Source: Candidatus Pampinifervens sinense (GTDB taxonomy: Bacteria > Aquificota > Aquificia > Aquificales > Aquificaceae). From it: a stretch of DNA of 64,000 bases. The stretch is taken from NCBI GenBank assembly GCA_037927135.1, contig JAXSPP010000001.1:1-64000 (forward strand). The letters are read 5' to 3'. A model generated the notes under the pieces. That model was not told the origin of the DNA. It was given only the letters and a program-made list of their open reading frames with translations, and did not search any database. Below are positions 28,669 through 38,055 of this stretch, piece after piece; position 1 is the stretch's first letter; each line of letters starts with the position of its first letter. Both the position numbers and the translations under genes were made by a program.

Positions 28669-30381
28669 ATGCGTTGGAGTAAGTATTTTTGGTATACATC
28701 TAAGGAAGACCCTGCCGATGCTGAGGCCCCTTCCCACAAGCTTCTTATAAAAGGTGGCTTTATAAAGCAGGTTTCTGCTGGCATATACGAGTTTACTCCT
28801 CCCGGTGTAAGGGTACTAAGGAAGATAGAAAACATAGTGCGCAAAGAGATGGACAGAAGTGGTGCCCAAGAGGTCTTGCTTACCGTTTTGAACCCAGCAG
28901 AACTTTGGAGAGAGACGGGAAGGTGGGACCTTTATGGAAGGGAGCTCTTTACTCTAAAAGACAGGAACGGAAGGGAGTATTGCCTTGGGCCCACCCACGA
29001 GGAGGAGATCACAGACCTTGTAAGAAGTTATGTAAACTCCTACAGACAGCTTCCTTTAATTCTTTATCAAATACAGGTAAAGTTTAGGGATGAGAAAAGG
29101 CCACGCTTTGGGCTTATAAGGGGAAGGGAGTTTATCATGAAGGATGCTTATTCTTTTGATGCGGACGAGATGTCCGCCATGATATCCTACGAGAGCGTGA
29201 AGTTTGCCTACCACAGGATATTTAAAAAGCTAAGACTGGATACCCTTATGGTGGAGGCAAGTGTAGGCACCATAGGGGGCATAAGCTCCCATGAGTTTGT
29301 GGTGCTTACCGATTATGGGGAGGCAAGGGTGGCTTACTGTGAAAGCTGTGGCTATGCGGCCAATGCGGAGATAGTAAAGCTTTCAAAGTCAGAAGAGGAA
29401 AAAGAAGAGGAAAGGCCCTTGCGGGAGGTGGCCACACCTGGTACAGACACTATAGAAAAGCTTTCTTCTTACCTTGGAGTGCCCGCCAGAAAAATCATAA
29501 AGGCTGTGCTTTACGTGGTGGATGGAAAAGACTTTGTGATGTTTATGATAAGGGGAGACAGAAATGTGGATGAGAACAAGGTGGAGGCTGTTTTGGGAAC
29601 GGAAAACTTCAGGCTTGCAGAGGATAAGGAGGTTTGGGACCTTTTGAAGACAAAGAAGGGCTTTATAGGACCTTTTAATTTACCACCTTCCATAAAGGTT
29701 TATTGGGACAACTCCACCTACGGCATAAAGAACGCAGTTATAGCCTTCAACAAGCCAGACTATCACTACATAAACGCAAACCCTGGAAGGGACTTTTCTT
29801 ATGGTGATTTTGTAGATGTATGTGAGGTGGAAGAAGGAGACCCATGCCCCAAGTGTGGGTCTTCTTTGAAGGTAAGAAGAGGCTTGGAGGTTGGACACAT
29901 ATTCCTTTTGGGCACAAGGTATTCGGAGCCCATGAGGGCATACTATAAGGACCCGCAGGGTCAAGAGAGGCCCATAATTATGGGCTGTTATGGCATTGGT
30001 ATATCAAGGTGCATATCTGCCATAGTGGAGCAGTACCACGATGAGAAGGGTATAAAGTGGCCCACGACTGTGGCACCCTTTGAGCTAGATATCATATGTG
30101 TAAACCCTTCGGATCCAGAGCAGAAAGAGATGGCAGAAAGGCTTTATATGCTTGCCCAAGAGTATGGCATAGAGACCATCTACGATGATAGGGATGAGAG
30201 CCCAGGCTTTAAGTTTGCGGACGCAGACCTTTGCGGATTTCCCTATAGGATAGTGGTAGGCAAGAAGGTAAAAGAGGGGAAGGTGGAGCTTCAAAGTAGG
30301 CACACGGGTGAGAGGTGGGATGTGGACATAGATAAGGCGGTAGAAGAGGTAAAAAGGCTAATAGAGGAAGATAAAAAGTAG
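28669..30381 (+). CDS. proS: Proline--tRNA ligase
   Basis: LGPTHEEEIT, FRDEKRPRFGLIRGREFIMKDAYSF, editing domain, MGCYGIGISR. Confidence 0.98.
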   Translation: MRWSKYFWYTSKEDPADAEAPSHKLLIKGGFIKQVSAGIYEFTPPGVRVLRKIENIVRKEMDRSGAQEVLLTVLNPAELWRETGRWDLYGRELFTLKDRNGREYCLGPTHEEEITDLVRSYVNSYRQLPLILYQIQVKFRDEKRPRFGLIRGREFIMKDAYSFDADEMSAMISYESVKFAYHRIFKKLRLDTLMVEASVGTIGGISSHEFVVLTDYGEARVAYCESCGYAANAEIVKLSKSEEEKEEERPLREVATPGTDTIEKLSSYLGVPARKIIKAVLYVVDGKDFVMFMIRGDRNVDENKVEAVLGTENFRLAEDKEVWDLLKTKKGFIGPFNLPPSIKVYWDNSTYGIKNAVIAFNKPDYHYINANPGRDFSYGDFVDVCEVEEGDPCPKCGSSLKVRRGLEVGHIFLLGTRYSEPMRAYYKDPQGQERPIIMGCYGIGISRCISAIVEQYHDEKGIKWPTTVAPFELDIICVNPSDPEQKEMAERLYMLAQEYGIETIYDDRDESPGFKFADADLCGFPYRIVVGKKVKEGKVELQSRHTGERWDVDIDKAVEEVKRLIEEDKK

Positions 30382-30429
30382 TTTTTGCACAGCTTGCAAA
30401 AAGGAGGGGGAAGCCTATATTAATTTAGG

Positions 30430-30443
30430 TGAATAATTATTCA
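30430..30443. promoter_or_regulatory. Perfect 14-bp palindrome TGAATAATTATTCA upstream of the hypB/hydrogenase operon (candidate operator)
   Basis: Exact palindrome between a -10-like TATATT (30416-30421) and SD AGGAGG; related copies at 41750 and 41862. Confidence 0.65.
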
Positions 30444-30453
30444 GGAGGTAGCC

Positions 30454-31155
30454 ATGTGTGAGGAATGCGGATGCTCCATAAACCATACACATAAGGAAGT
30501 TGCCCTCTTTAAAAAGGTCCTTGAAAAGAACGACCATCAGGCGGAGGAAAACAGAAGGCACTTTGAAGAGCATGGCATCTTTGCCATAAACCTCATGTCC
30601 TCGCCGGGTGCTGGGAAGACAAGCCTTTTGGAGAGGACCATAGAGCTTATGAAGGATTTAAGGATAGGTGTTATTGAGGGGGACTTGGAAACGGACAGGG
30701 ATGCTCAGAGGATAAGGGCCAAGGGTGCGCCAGCCGTTCAGATAAGCACCGGCTCTGCCTGCCACCTTGATGCCTTTATGGTGCACAAAGGAATACATGA
30801 CCTTCCCCTTGAGAACCTTGACCTTGTCTTTATAGAAAATGTGGGAAATCTTGTATGTCCAGCAAGCTATGACGTAGGGGCCCACATGAACGTGGTTCTA
30901 CTTTCCGTGGTGGAGGGTGATGACAAGCCCGAAAAATATCCCGTTATGTTCAAAGGCGCACAGCTTATGGTTATAACAAAGATAGACCTCCTTCCCTTTG
31001 TGGACTTTAGCATAGAAAGGGCTATAAACTCGGCAAGGAAGGTAAACCCCCATATGGACATAATAAGGCTTTCTGCAAAGACGGGAGAAGGCATGGAAGA
31101 TTGGCTGGATTATATAAGGTTTAAGGTAAGGGCCTATAAGAGGGCTTTGGTATGA
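30454..31155 (+). CDS. hypB: Hydrogenase nickel incorporation GTPase HypB
   Basis: MCEECGC, SSPGAGKTSLLE, CHLDA, ENVGNLVCPA, DKPEKYP. Confidence 0.97.
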   Translation: MCEECGCSINHTHKEVALFKKVLEKNDHQAEENRRHFEEHGIFAINLMSSPGAGKTSLLERTIELMKDLRIGVIEGDLETDRDAQRIRAKGAPAVQISTGSACHLDAFMVHKGIHDLPLENLDLVFIENVGNLVCPASYDVGAHMNVVLLSVVEGDDKPEKYPVMFKGAQLMVITKIDLLPFVDFSIERAINSARKVNPHMDIIRLSAKTGEGMEDWLDYIRFKVRAYKRALV

Positions 31156-32009
31156 GGGTTTTGTGGATACAGAGATTGTCTTGCTGTGGCAATACACATT
31201 CCTTCCTCAACTATGAAAACTGGGAAAGCCTTTTAAAGAGTGTGGAGTTTATATACCACCCTTCCCTTTCTTTGGAAGCCCAAGATAGAGTAATAGAAAG
31301 AGTTCTTGAAACAGGAGAAGATATAGACCTTTTGGTGCTTGAGGGTGCGGTAAGGTGTGATGATGAGGAGATAAAAAGGCTTTGCCAGAGGGCCCTTTTT
31401 GTTATGGCCGTTGGCAACTGTGCCGTATACGGCAACATACCAGCCCTTTCGGACCCAAATATCTGTGGCCTTTCTTACAGGTTTAAGGAAAGAGGTGGCC
31501 TTTTGGGCGGTGATTTCCTCTCAAAGGGAGGCTTGCCCGTTATTAACCTCTCTGGATGTCCAGCCCACCCAGAATGGATAGCGACGACCATGCTTATGCT
31601 TGCGGAGGGCATAAGGCCAGAGCTTGACCAATGGGGCAGGCCCCTTGCCTTTTACTCCTCCCTTACCCATTGGGGATGCACAAGGAACGAATACTTTGAA
31701 TGGAAGGTAGAGGCCGAAGAACTTGGTTCAAAAAAGGGATGCCTTTTTTATTACTTTGGCTGTAGAGGTCCCCTTAGCTACAGTTCCTGCAATCAAACCC
31801 TTTGGAACGGTGTTAATTCAAAGACAAGGGCGGGAACTCCCTGCTTTGGATGCACCGAGTATGACTTTCCACGCATAGGCATGTGGGAGACAAAGCAATA
31901 TGCTGGCATACCGGCAGAGCTCCCCATAGGTGTTTCCAAGAGGGGCTACATAATGCTCTCCGGCGTAGCAAAGATGTTTGCACCCGATAGGTTAAAGGAT
32001 GAGGGTTGA
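31152..32009 (+). CDS. [NiFe] hydrogenase small subunit, cytoplasmic group 2 (2d-like)
   Basis: No Tat signal; SCCGNTHSFLN, GNCAVYG, GCPAHP, HWGCTRNEYF, SKTRAGTPCFGC. Confidence 0.9.
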   Translation: MRVLWIQRLSCCGNTHSFLNYENWESLLKSVEFIYHPSLSLEAQDRVIERVLETGEDIDLLVLEGAVRCDDEEIKRLCQRALFVMAVGNCAVYGNIPALSDPNICGLSYRFKERGGLLGGDFLSKGGLPVINLSGCPAHPEWIATTMLMLAEGIRPELDQWGRPLAFYSSLTHWGCTRNEYFEWKVEAEELGSKKGCLFYYFGCRGPLSYSSCNQTLWNGVNSKTRAGTPCFGCTEYDFPRIGMWETKQYAGIPAELPIGVSKRGYIMLSGVAKMFAPDRLKDEG

Positions 32010-33306
32010 AGGTATAAGTCTTCCAAGGGTTGAAGGCGAGGCAAGGCTTGAGCTTTTTTGGAAGGATGGAGAGGTGGCGGATGCAAGGATAAACATCCCC
32101 TCCACAAGGGGTATAGAGAGGGTGCTTGTAGGCAGGCCCTATATGGATGCCTTGGTTATAACACCAAGGGTGTGTGGTATATGCGGACATGCCCACCTTA
32201 TGGCCTCTGCAAAGGCCATAGAGGATGCCCTTGATATAAGTCCTACCAAAAAGGCGGAGCTTGTTAGAAACATAACCCAAAGCCTTGAGGTCCTCCAAAA
32301 CCATATCAAATGGTTCTATCTGTTCCTCATGCCAGACCTTGTCCTCATAGAAAACAGCCTACGGGACCTTTATGGGCCCTTTGTTGGCAAAAGATGGAAA
32401 GAGGCCATAGAGGTGGCATCAAGCATAACCAAGGCCATAGCCCTCTTCTCCGGACAATGGCCCCACGCCTCTTACGCCATACCTGGCGGTATAACATCAC
32501 AACCCACACCCAAGGACATAGTATCTTTAAAACAGACCCTTTTGGCCCTCAAGGACTTCTTCCTCAAGCTTGTGGTGGGTATGGAAGAGGGAGAGTTTAA
32601 CCAGTGGCTTTATAAGGGTAGCTGGAGGGATGTTAAGGGTGATATGGCTATTTTTCTTGAGGTTTGCGAAAGGGAAGACCTTTTGGAGGCTGGAAGGTCC
32701 TACGATAGGTTTATAAGCTTTGCAAGCCTCTATGGCCCTTCTGGATACTACATGAAGAGGATGGTTCATGGCAGGTTAAAGTTTGGCTGTGTGGAGGAGA
32801 TGGAAGCACCAGAATACACAAGGGCAAGGCCTGTAAGGTACAGGGGCTTACCCTTTGAGACTGGACCCCTCTCCAGACAGCTCTTGGCGGGCACACCCAT
32901 TATAAAGGCAATGCATAAAGAATTGAAGGACTCCTTTGTGGTAAGGGTTTTTGCAAGGCTTTTGGAGGTTTGGACTGTGGCAAAGAAGATAGAGGATTGG
33001 ACGGAAGAGTTAAAGGAAGTCTTACAAGATAGGTCCTCAAGTATAAAAAGGCCTCCCTTAGAGGTCAATGGCTTGGGCTATGGCGCTGTGGAGGCAGCAA
33101 GGGGGACGCTTATCCACAGGATAAGGATAAAGAAGGGCATTATAGATAGCTATTTAATAATTACACCATCCCAGTGGAACCTTGGGCCAAGGTGTGAAAG
33201 GTTTTATGGGGTGGCAGAAAGGGCCCTTTTGGGCCTAAAAAAGGAAGTTCATGCAAAGATGGTGCTAAGAAGCTTTGACCTGTGTTCTGTATGCACAACC
33301 CATTGA
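31999..33306 (+). CDS. [NiFe] hydrogenase large subunit, cytoplasmic group 2 (2d-like)
   Basis: RVEGE, L1 PRVCGICGHAH, L2 SFDLCSVCTTH followed directly by stop. Confidence 0.92.
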   Translation: MRVEGISLPRVEGEARLELFWKDGEVADARINIPSTRGIERVLVGRPYMDALVITPRVCGICGHAHLMASAKAIEDALDISPTKKAELVRNITQSLEVLQNHIKWFYLFLMPDLVLIENSLRDLYGPFVGKRWKEAIEVASSITKAIALFSGQWPHASYAIPGGITSQPTPKDIVSLKQTLLALKDFFLKLVVGMEEGEFNQWLYKGSWRDVKGDMAIFLEVCEREDLLEAGRSYDRFISFASLYGPSGYYMKRMVHGRLKFGCVEEMEAPEYTRARPVRYRGLPFETGPLSRQLLAGTPIIKAMHKELKDSFVVRVFARLLEVWTVAKKIEDWTEELKEVLQDRSSSIKRPPLEVNGLGYGAVEAARGTLIHRIRIKKGIIDSYLIITPSQWNLGPRCERFYGVAERALLGLKKEVHAKMVLRSFDLCSVCTTH

Positions 33307-33315
33307 GGTGCTAAG

Positions 33316-34317
33316 ATGAAGAGGATAAGGCTTTCTGAAGGTGGTGGTGGAGAAGAGACCTGGAGGCTTATAAGAGAGCTTTTTCTAAAGCATTTTAACA
33401 ACCCCATACTCTCTTCCCTTGAGGATTCTGCCTTGCTTGAGGTGGGTTCAAAGGTGGCCTTTACCACCGATGCCTTTACGGTAAAGCCCCTGTTCTTTAG
33501 GGGTGGAGACATAGGGAAGCTGGCGGTGGCTGGCACCATAAACGACCTTTCGGTAATGGGTGCAAGGCCCCTTTACCTCTCTGTGGCCTTTGTGATAGAG
33601 GAGGGCTTTCCTTACGAGGACTTAGAAAAGATAGTGGAAAGCATGGCAAGGACGGCAAGGGAGGCGGGAGTTCTCATAGTGGCTGGTGATACAAAGGTCA
33701 TACCATCCGGCAGGGGTGAGGACCTTTTTATTACCACTTCCGGCATAGGGAAGGTGGTCTATGAGGGCCTCTCCTGTAGGAACATAAGGGAAGGGGATGC
33801 CGTAATTGTATCCGGACCAATAGGAGACCATGGCGCCTGTGTGCTGGCAGAAAGGGAAGGTTTTTACTTTGGAGAGGGCTTTGGGAGCGACTGCGAACCA
33901 CTCTGGGACCTGGTGGAACACATGCTAAGGAGTGGTGTGGAAATCCATGCCATGAGGGACCCAACCAGGGGAGGCCTTTCGGCCGTGCTTCACGAGTGGG
34001 CTATGGCCTCTCAAGTTTCCTTTTTGGTGGAGGAGGAGAAGGTGCCAATCAGAGAGGAGGTGCTTGGTATATGTGAGTTTTTGGGCCTTGAGCCATACCA
34101 CCTTGCCTGTGAGGGCAGGATAGTCTTTGCAGTGAAGGGAGAGGAGGCAGAGAAGGCCCTTAAGGTCTTAAAGGAACATCCTAAGGGAGAGGAGGCAAGC
34201 ATCATAGGCTACGCCATAAGGCCTGAAGGGAGGCCATCGGTCATACTGAAGACTCCTTATGGGACAAAAAGGTTCCTTGAACCACCCATGGGAGAGCTCC
34301 TGCCAAGGATCTGCTGA
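33316..34317 (+). CDS. hypE: Hydrogenase maturation carbamoyl dehydratase HypE
   Basis: GGDIGKLAVAGTINDL, MRDPTRGG, C-terminal LLPRIC. Confidence 0.97.
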   Translation: MKRIRLSEGGGGEETWRLIRELFLKHFNNPILSSLEDSALLEVGSKVAFTTDAFTVKPLFFRGGDIGKLAVAGTINDLSVMGARPLYLSVAFVIEEGFPYEDLEKIVESMARTAREAGVLIVAGDTKVIPSGRGEDLFITTSGIGKVVYEGLSCRNIREGDAVIVSGPIGDHGACVLAEREGFYFGEGFGSDCEPLWDLVEHMLRSGVEIHAMRDPTRGGLSAVLHEWAMASQVSFLVEEEKVPIREEVLGICEFLGLEPYHLACEGRIVFAVKGEEAEKALKVLKEHPKGEEASIIGYAIRPEGRPSVILKTPYGTKRFLEPPMGELLPRIC

Positions 34318-34685
34318 TGCATGAGTTTTCCATAGTCCAAAGCCTTTTGGAGGTAATAGAAGAGGAGGCAAAAAGGCACAAGGCGCAAAAGGTGTTAAGG
34401 GTGGAGCTTTTGGTGGGTGTGCTATCCGGTGTGGAGCCTCACCTTTTGGAGCTTGCCTTTAACACCTTTAAGGAAGGGACCATTGCGGAAAAGGCGGAGA
34501 TTGTTTTGGAGATAGAAAAGCTAAGGCTTTGGTGTGAGGACTGCAAAAGGGAATACGAAAAGGAGGAGCTAAACCTCTTGTGTCCAGCCTGTGGGTCTTT
34601 GAAGACCCATATAAAAGGTGGACAGGACTTGCTTTTGAAGAGTTTGGAATTGGAATGTGAGGATGAGGTTAAGGGTAAGGCTTAA
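34317..34685 (+). CDS. hypA: Hydrogenase nickel metallochaperone HypA
   Basis: MHEFSI, CEDC...CPACGS. Confidence 0.96.
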   Translation: MHEFSIVQSLLEVIEEEAKRHKAQKVLRVELLVGVLSGVEPHLLELAFNTFKEGTIAEKAEIVLEIEKLRLWCEDCKREYEKEELNLLCPACGSLKTHIKGGQDLLLKSLELECEDEVKGKA

Positions 34686-36897
34686 GGGAGCCGTTCAAGG
34701 TGTGGGCTTTAGGCCCTTTGTCTACAGGCTTGCAAAGGATTTGGGCCTTAGGGGTTGGGTCATAAACAATTCCTCCGGTGTGGAGATAGAGGTGGAAGGA
34801 AAGGTGCAACTTTTGGAGGAGTTCCTCCTTAGGCTTCAAACAGAAAAGCCACCCTTGGCCCACATATACTCTCAAGAGATAGAATACTTGGAAGAGGTAG
34901 GCTATGAGGATTTTGAGATAAGGGAAAGCAAGGAGGAAGGAAAAAAGGAGGTTCTCATACTGCCCGACATAGCCACATGCCAGTGGTGTCTCAAAGAGCT
35001 TTTTGACCCAAAGGACAGAAGGTATATGTATCCCTTTATAAACTGCACCTACTGCGGTCCAAGGTTTACCATCATTGAAAGGCTTCCCTACGATAGGCCA
35101 AACACCACAATGAAGGCCTTTCCCATGTGTCCTCAGTGTAAAAAAGAGTATGAGGACCCAAGGGACAGAAGGTTCCATGCCCAGCCCATTGCATGCCCAT
35201 CCTGCGGTCCAAGCCTTAGCCTGATTACAAAGGATGGAGAGCTTTTGGCGGAGGGAGAAAAAAGCATAGAGGCCACCCTGCAGGCTTTAAAAGAGGGAAA
35301 GATTGTGGCAGTCAAGGGCATAGGAGGTTTTCATCTTATGTGTGATGCCACAAGGGAGGAGCCGGTGAGAACCTTGAGGGAGAGGAAAAGAAGAAAAGAA
35401 AAGCCCTTTGCGGTCATGTTCAGGGATATGGAACAGCTACTCCTTTATGCGGAGCCAACGGAGCTTGAAAAGGCTTTGCTTTTGTCTCCAGAGAGGCCCA
35501 TTGTGCTTATAAGGAGTAAGGGAGGGCTTGCGCCCTCTGTGGCCCCAGGCCTCAAAAGGATAGGAGCCTTTTTGCCCTATTCACCCCTACACCATATAAT
35601 CTTGCACTCTTTGGACTTTCCAGTGGTGGCCACCTCTGGCAATCTCTCGGATGAGCCCATAGTAAAGGACAACCAAGAGGCCATAGAGAGGCTAAGTCCC
35701 TTGGCAGACCTTTTGCTTCTCCACAACAGGGATATAAAAAGGAGGTGCGACGACTCTGTGGTCAAAGTCATAGGTGGTGTGCCCACACCCATAAGGAGGT
35801 CTAGGGGCTATGTGCCCATGCCCATAAGGCTACCCTTTAAGTTAAAAAGGAAGGTTTTGGCCCTTGGGGGCATGCTAAAGAACACCTTTGCCATAGGCTT
35901 TGAAGACATGGTAATACTAAGCCAACATGTGGGAGACATAGAGAACATAGAAACATTAAAAAGCTTTGAGGATATGGTCTTTGACCTCATGAGCCTGTAT
36001 GAGTTTGAGCCAGAGCTTTTGGTGTGCGACCTACACCCCAGGTATGAGACCACAAGGTGGGCAAAGGAGTTTTCTCAGAGGAAAGGCATTCCACTCCTTC
36101 AGGTCCAGCACCACTTTGCCCATGTGCTTTCCTGCATGGGAGAAAGGGGGATAGAAGGAAAGGTGCTTGGCATAGCTTGGGATGGAACGGGCTATGGTGA
36201 GGACGGAAGCCTTTGGGGTGGTGAGTTTTTAGTGTGCGATTACAAAGGCTATGAGAGGGCCTTTTACTTTAGACCCTTTAGGCTAATAGGCGGTGAGAGG
36301 GCTGTAAAGGAGCCAAGGAGGGTTGCCCTATCCCTACTCTTTGAACTCTACAGAGAGGATGCCACAGGCATGTCCTTAGAGCCTGTAAGGTCCTTCAGGG
36401 AAGAAGATTTAAAAAACCTATACATAGCATGGTCCAAGGGGATAAACTCACCCTATTCCAGCTCTGTGGGAAGGCTTTTTGATGCGGTAGCCTCTTTGAT
36501 AGGGCTAAGGCAAGTGGTCTCTTACGAGGGCCAAGGCGCCATGATGCTTGAGGACCTCTACGACCCCCTTGTAAAGGACCACTATCCCTATGCCTTGGAA
36601 GGAAAGGAGATAGACTGGAGGCCCATGCTTGAGGCGATCATAAAGGACAGGGAAAGGGAAAAGATTCCATCAAGGTTTATAAACACTTTGGCCCATGTAT
36701 GCCTGCATGTGGCAAAGGAGTTGGGCATGGAAAGGGTATGCCTCTCTGGAGGTGTGATGCAGAACGACCCCCTTGTAAGCAAGATAAAGGAGCTTTTAGA
36801 GGCCGAAGGCTTTAAGGTCTGCACACATCAGAGGGTGCCACCTAACGATGGGGGCCTCTCTCTGGGTCAGGCACTCTTTCAGCCTCAAGAGAGCTAA
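34663..36897 (+). CDS. hypF: Carbamoyltransferase HypF
   Basis: GAVQGVGFRPFVY acylphosphatase domain, zinc fingers, VQHHFAH, PPNDGGLSLGQ. Confidence 0.97.
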   Translation: MRLRVRLKGAVQGVGFRPFVYRLAKDLGLRGWVINNSSGVEIEVEGKVQLLEEFLLRLQTEKPPLAHIYSQEIEYLEEVGYEDFEIRESKEEGKKEVLILPDIATCQWCLKELFDPKDRRYMYPFINCTYCGPRFTIIERLPYDRPNTTMKAFPMCPQCKKEYEDPRDRRFHAQPIACPSCGPSLSLITKDGELLAEGEKSIEATLQALKEGKIVAVKGIGGFHLMCDATREEPVRTLRERKRRKEKPFAVMFRDMEQLLLYAEPTELEKALLLSPERPIVLIRSKGGLAPSVAPGLKRIGAFLPYSPLHHIILHSLDFPVVATSGNLSDEPIVKDNQEAIERLSPLADLLLLHNRDIKRRCDDSVVKVIGGVPTPIRRSRGYVPMPIRLPFKLKRKVLALGGMLKNTFAIGFEDMVILSQHVGDIENIETLKSFEDMVFDLMSLYEFEPELLVCDLHPRYETTRWAKEFSQRKGIPLLQVQHHFAHVLSCMGERGIEGKVLGIAWDGTGYGEDGSLWGGEFLVCDYKGYERAFYFRPFRLIGGERAVKEPRRVALSLLFELYREDATGMSLEPVRSFREEDLKNLYIAWSKGINSPYSSSVGRLFDAVASLIGLRQVVSYEGQGAMMLEDLYDPLVKDHYPYALEGKEIDWRPMLEAIIKDREREKIPSRFINTLAHVCLHVAKELGMERVCLSGGVMQNDPLVSKIKELLEAEGFKVCTHQRVPPNDGGLSLGQALFQPQES

Positions 36898-37258
36898 GAA
36901 GCGCCCTTATCCTCTCTTCCAAGACATTTATAGACTCTTGCACATCCTCCCTTTGCGCAGAGGCCAATTTGGGAAAGTAGCTTATCTCTACAGTCTCCAG
37001 AATGGGCTTGTTGTCCCTATCGTAGAATACACCTATCCACACTCCATATATACCTGTCTCCCTCCACTCCACCCTTTGACTTTTAGAGTTCAGCGTTATC
37101 TTTATTTGACCCTCTCCCAAAACATCCAGTATGGCTATTCTGTCTTCCTCCGTTATGGGCACCTTGTTGGAGTATATGATGTGTTCCTCTCCTTTTTCGT
37201 AGAGGTCCTTTAGAGCCTGTAAGATCTCGTTGAGTAAGGCGGGGGCGTTCATAAGCAT
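36842..37258 (-). CDS. Hydrogenase expression/formation protein (HyaF/HupH-like C-terminal domain)
   Basis: NAPALLNEI, LGEGQI, RETGIYGVW; last gene of the MBH operon. Confidence 0.8.
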   Translation of the reverse strand: MLMNAPALLNEILQALKDLYEKGEEHIIYSNKVPITEEDRIAILDVLGEGQIKITLNSKSQRVEWRETGIYGVWIGVFYDRDNKPILETVEISYFPKLASAQREDVQESINVLEERIRALLSSLEAERVPDPERGPHR

Positions 37259-37268
37259 GCCAATCCTC

Positions 37269-37580
37269 CTAAAAGTAGGTCTCTGTTATGGCTTTTACAT
37301 ACTCGTTCCAATTTTTTATACCCCTTAGCACATGAACAACTTTCCCATCCTTGAAAAGTATGAGGGAAGGGAGGGGAAACTCCTTTAGCACATCTGGCTC
37401 CTCATCCGCATTTATGGAGAAAAAATCCAGCCTAAAGCTCTTTTCCAGTTCTGGCACCACCACATCCGTGTCAAAGACCTCCCTTATCCTCTCTTTTGCC
37501 CTGTCAGACCTCACATATAGTATGAAATCCCTTTTCTCTTCCTTAAGAGCTTGAAGCTCCAAAAGGTTCACCCGCCTCAT
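37269..37580 (-). CDS. Thioredoxin-like hydrogenase expression protein (HyaE/HupG-like)
   Basis: DVVVPELEK, PSLILFKDG, GIKNWNEY; no CxxC; inside MBH operon. Confidence 0.75.
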   Translation of the reverse strand: MRRVNLLELQALKEEKRDFILYVRSDRAKERIREVFDTDVVVPELEKSFRLDFFSINADEEPDVLKEFPLPSLILFKDGKVVHVLRGIKNWNEYVKAITETYF

Positions 37581-38055
37581 CTCTCACCTCCACATTCCAC
37601 TCTTTGAGCTGTTTTATGACCTCCTCAATAAGCCTGTCTAAATTATTTTTTACAGAGGGAGAAAGGTCCAAAGAAATCTCAAAGCTCTCTGGCTCCAAGC
37701 CCAAGACTACTATCTCCTTAGGAAGCCTATCTGTTAAATCCGCCAAGGCAAGCACCTCTTGAATGCCTATATCATGGGCAGAAAGCTTTCTACTCTTAAA
37801 GTAGGTCAGGACCTCCTCACCTTTGAATTTGTAAAGAGAGCCCGGGGGCAACCCCCCCAGCACCGCATCCACCACCAAAAGCCTCTCCACACCCTCCAAG
37901 AAGTAAAGTAGGTCTATTCCCAAGGTGCCACCGTCTATCAAAAGCACCTCCTCCGGAAGCCTATACCTCTTCCTTATCTCTTCCACTACCCTTACTCCCA
38001 AGCCCTCGTCGGACAACAGCACGTTTCCCACACCCAAGACGGCTATTTTCTTCAT
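37543..38055 (-). CDS. Hydrogenase maturation endopeptidase (HyaD/HupD family)
   Basis: GVGNVLLSDEGLG, DGGTLG, VDAV, SAHD. Confidence 0.94.
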   Translation of the reverse strand: MKKIAVLGVGNVLLSDEGLGVRVVEEIRKRYRLPEEVLLIDGGTLGIDLLYFLEGVERLLVVDAVLGGLPPGSLYKFKGEEVLTYFKSRKLSAHDIGIQEVLALADLTDRLPKEIVVLGLEPESFEISLDLSPSVKNNLDRLIEEVIKQLKEWNVEVRDEAGEPFGASSS

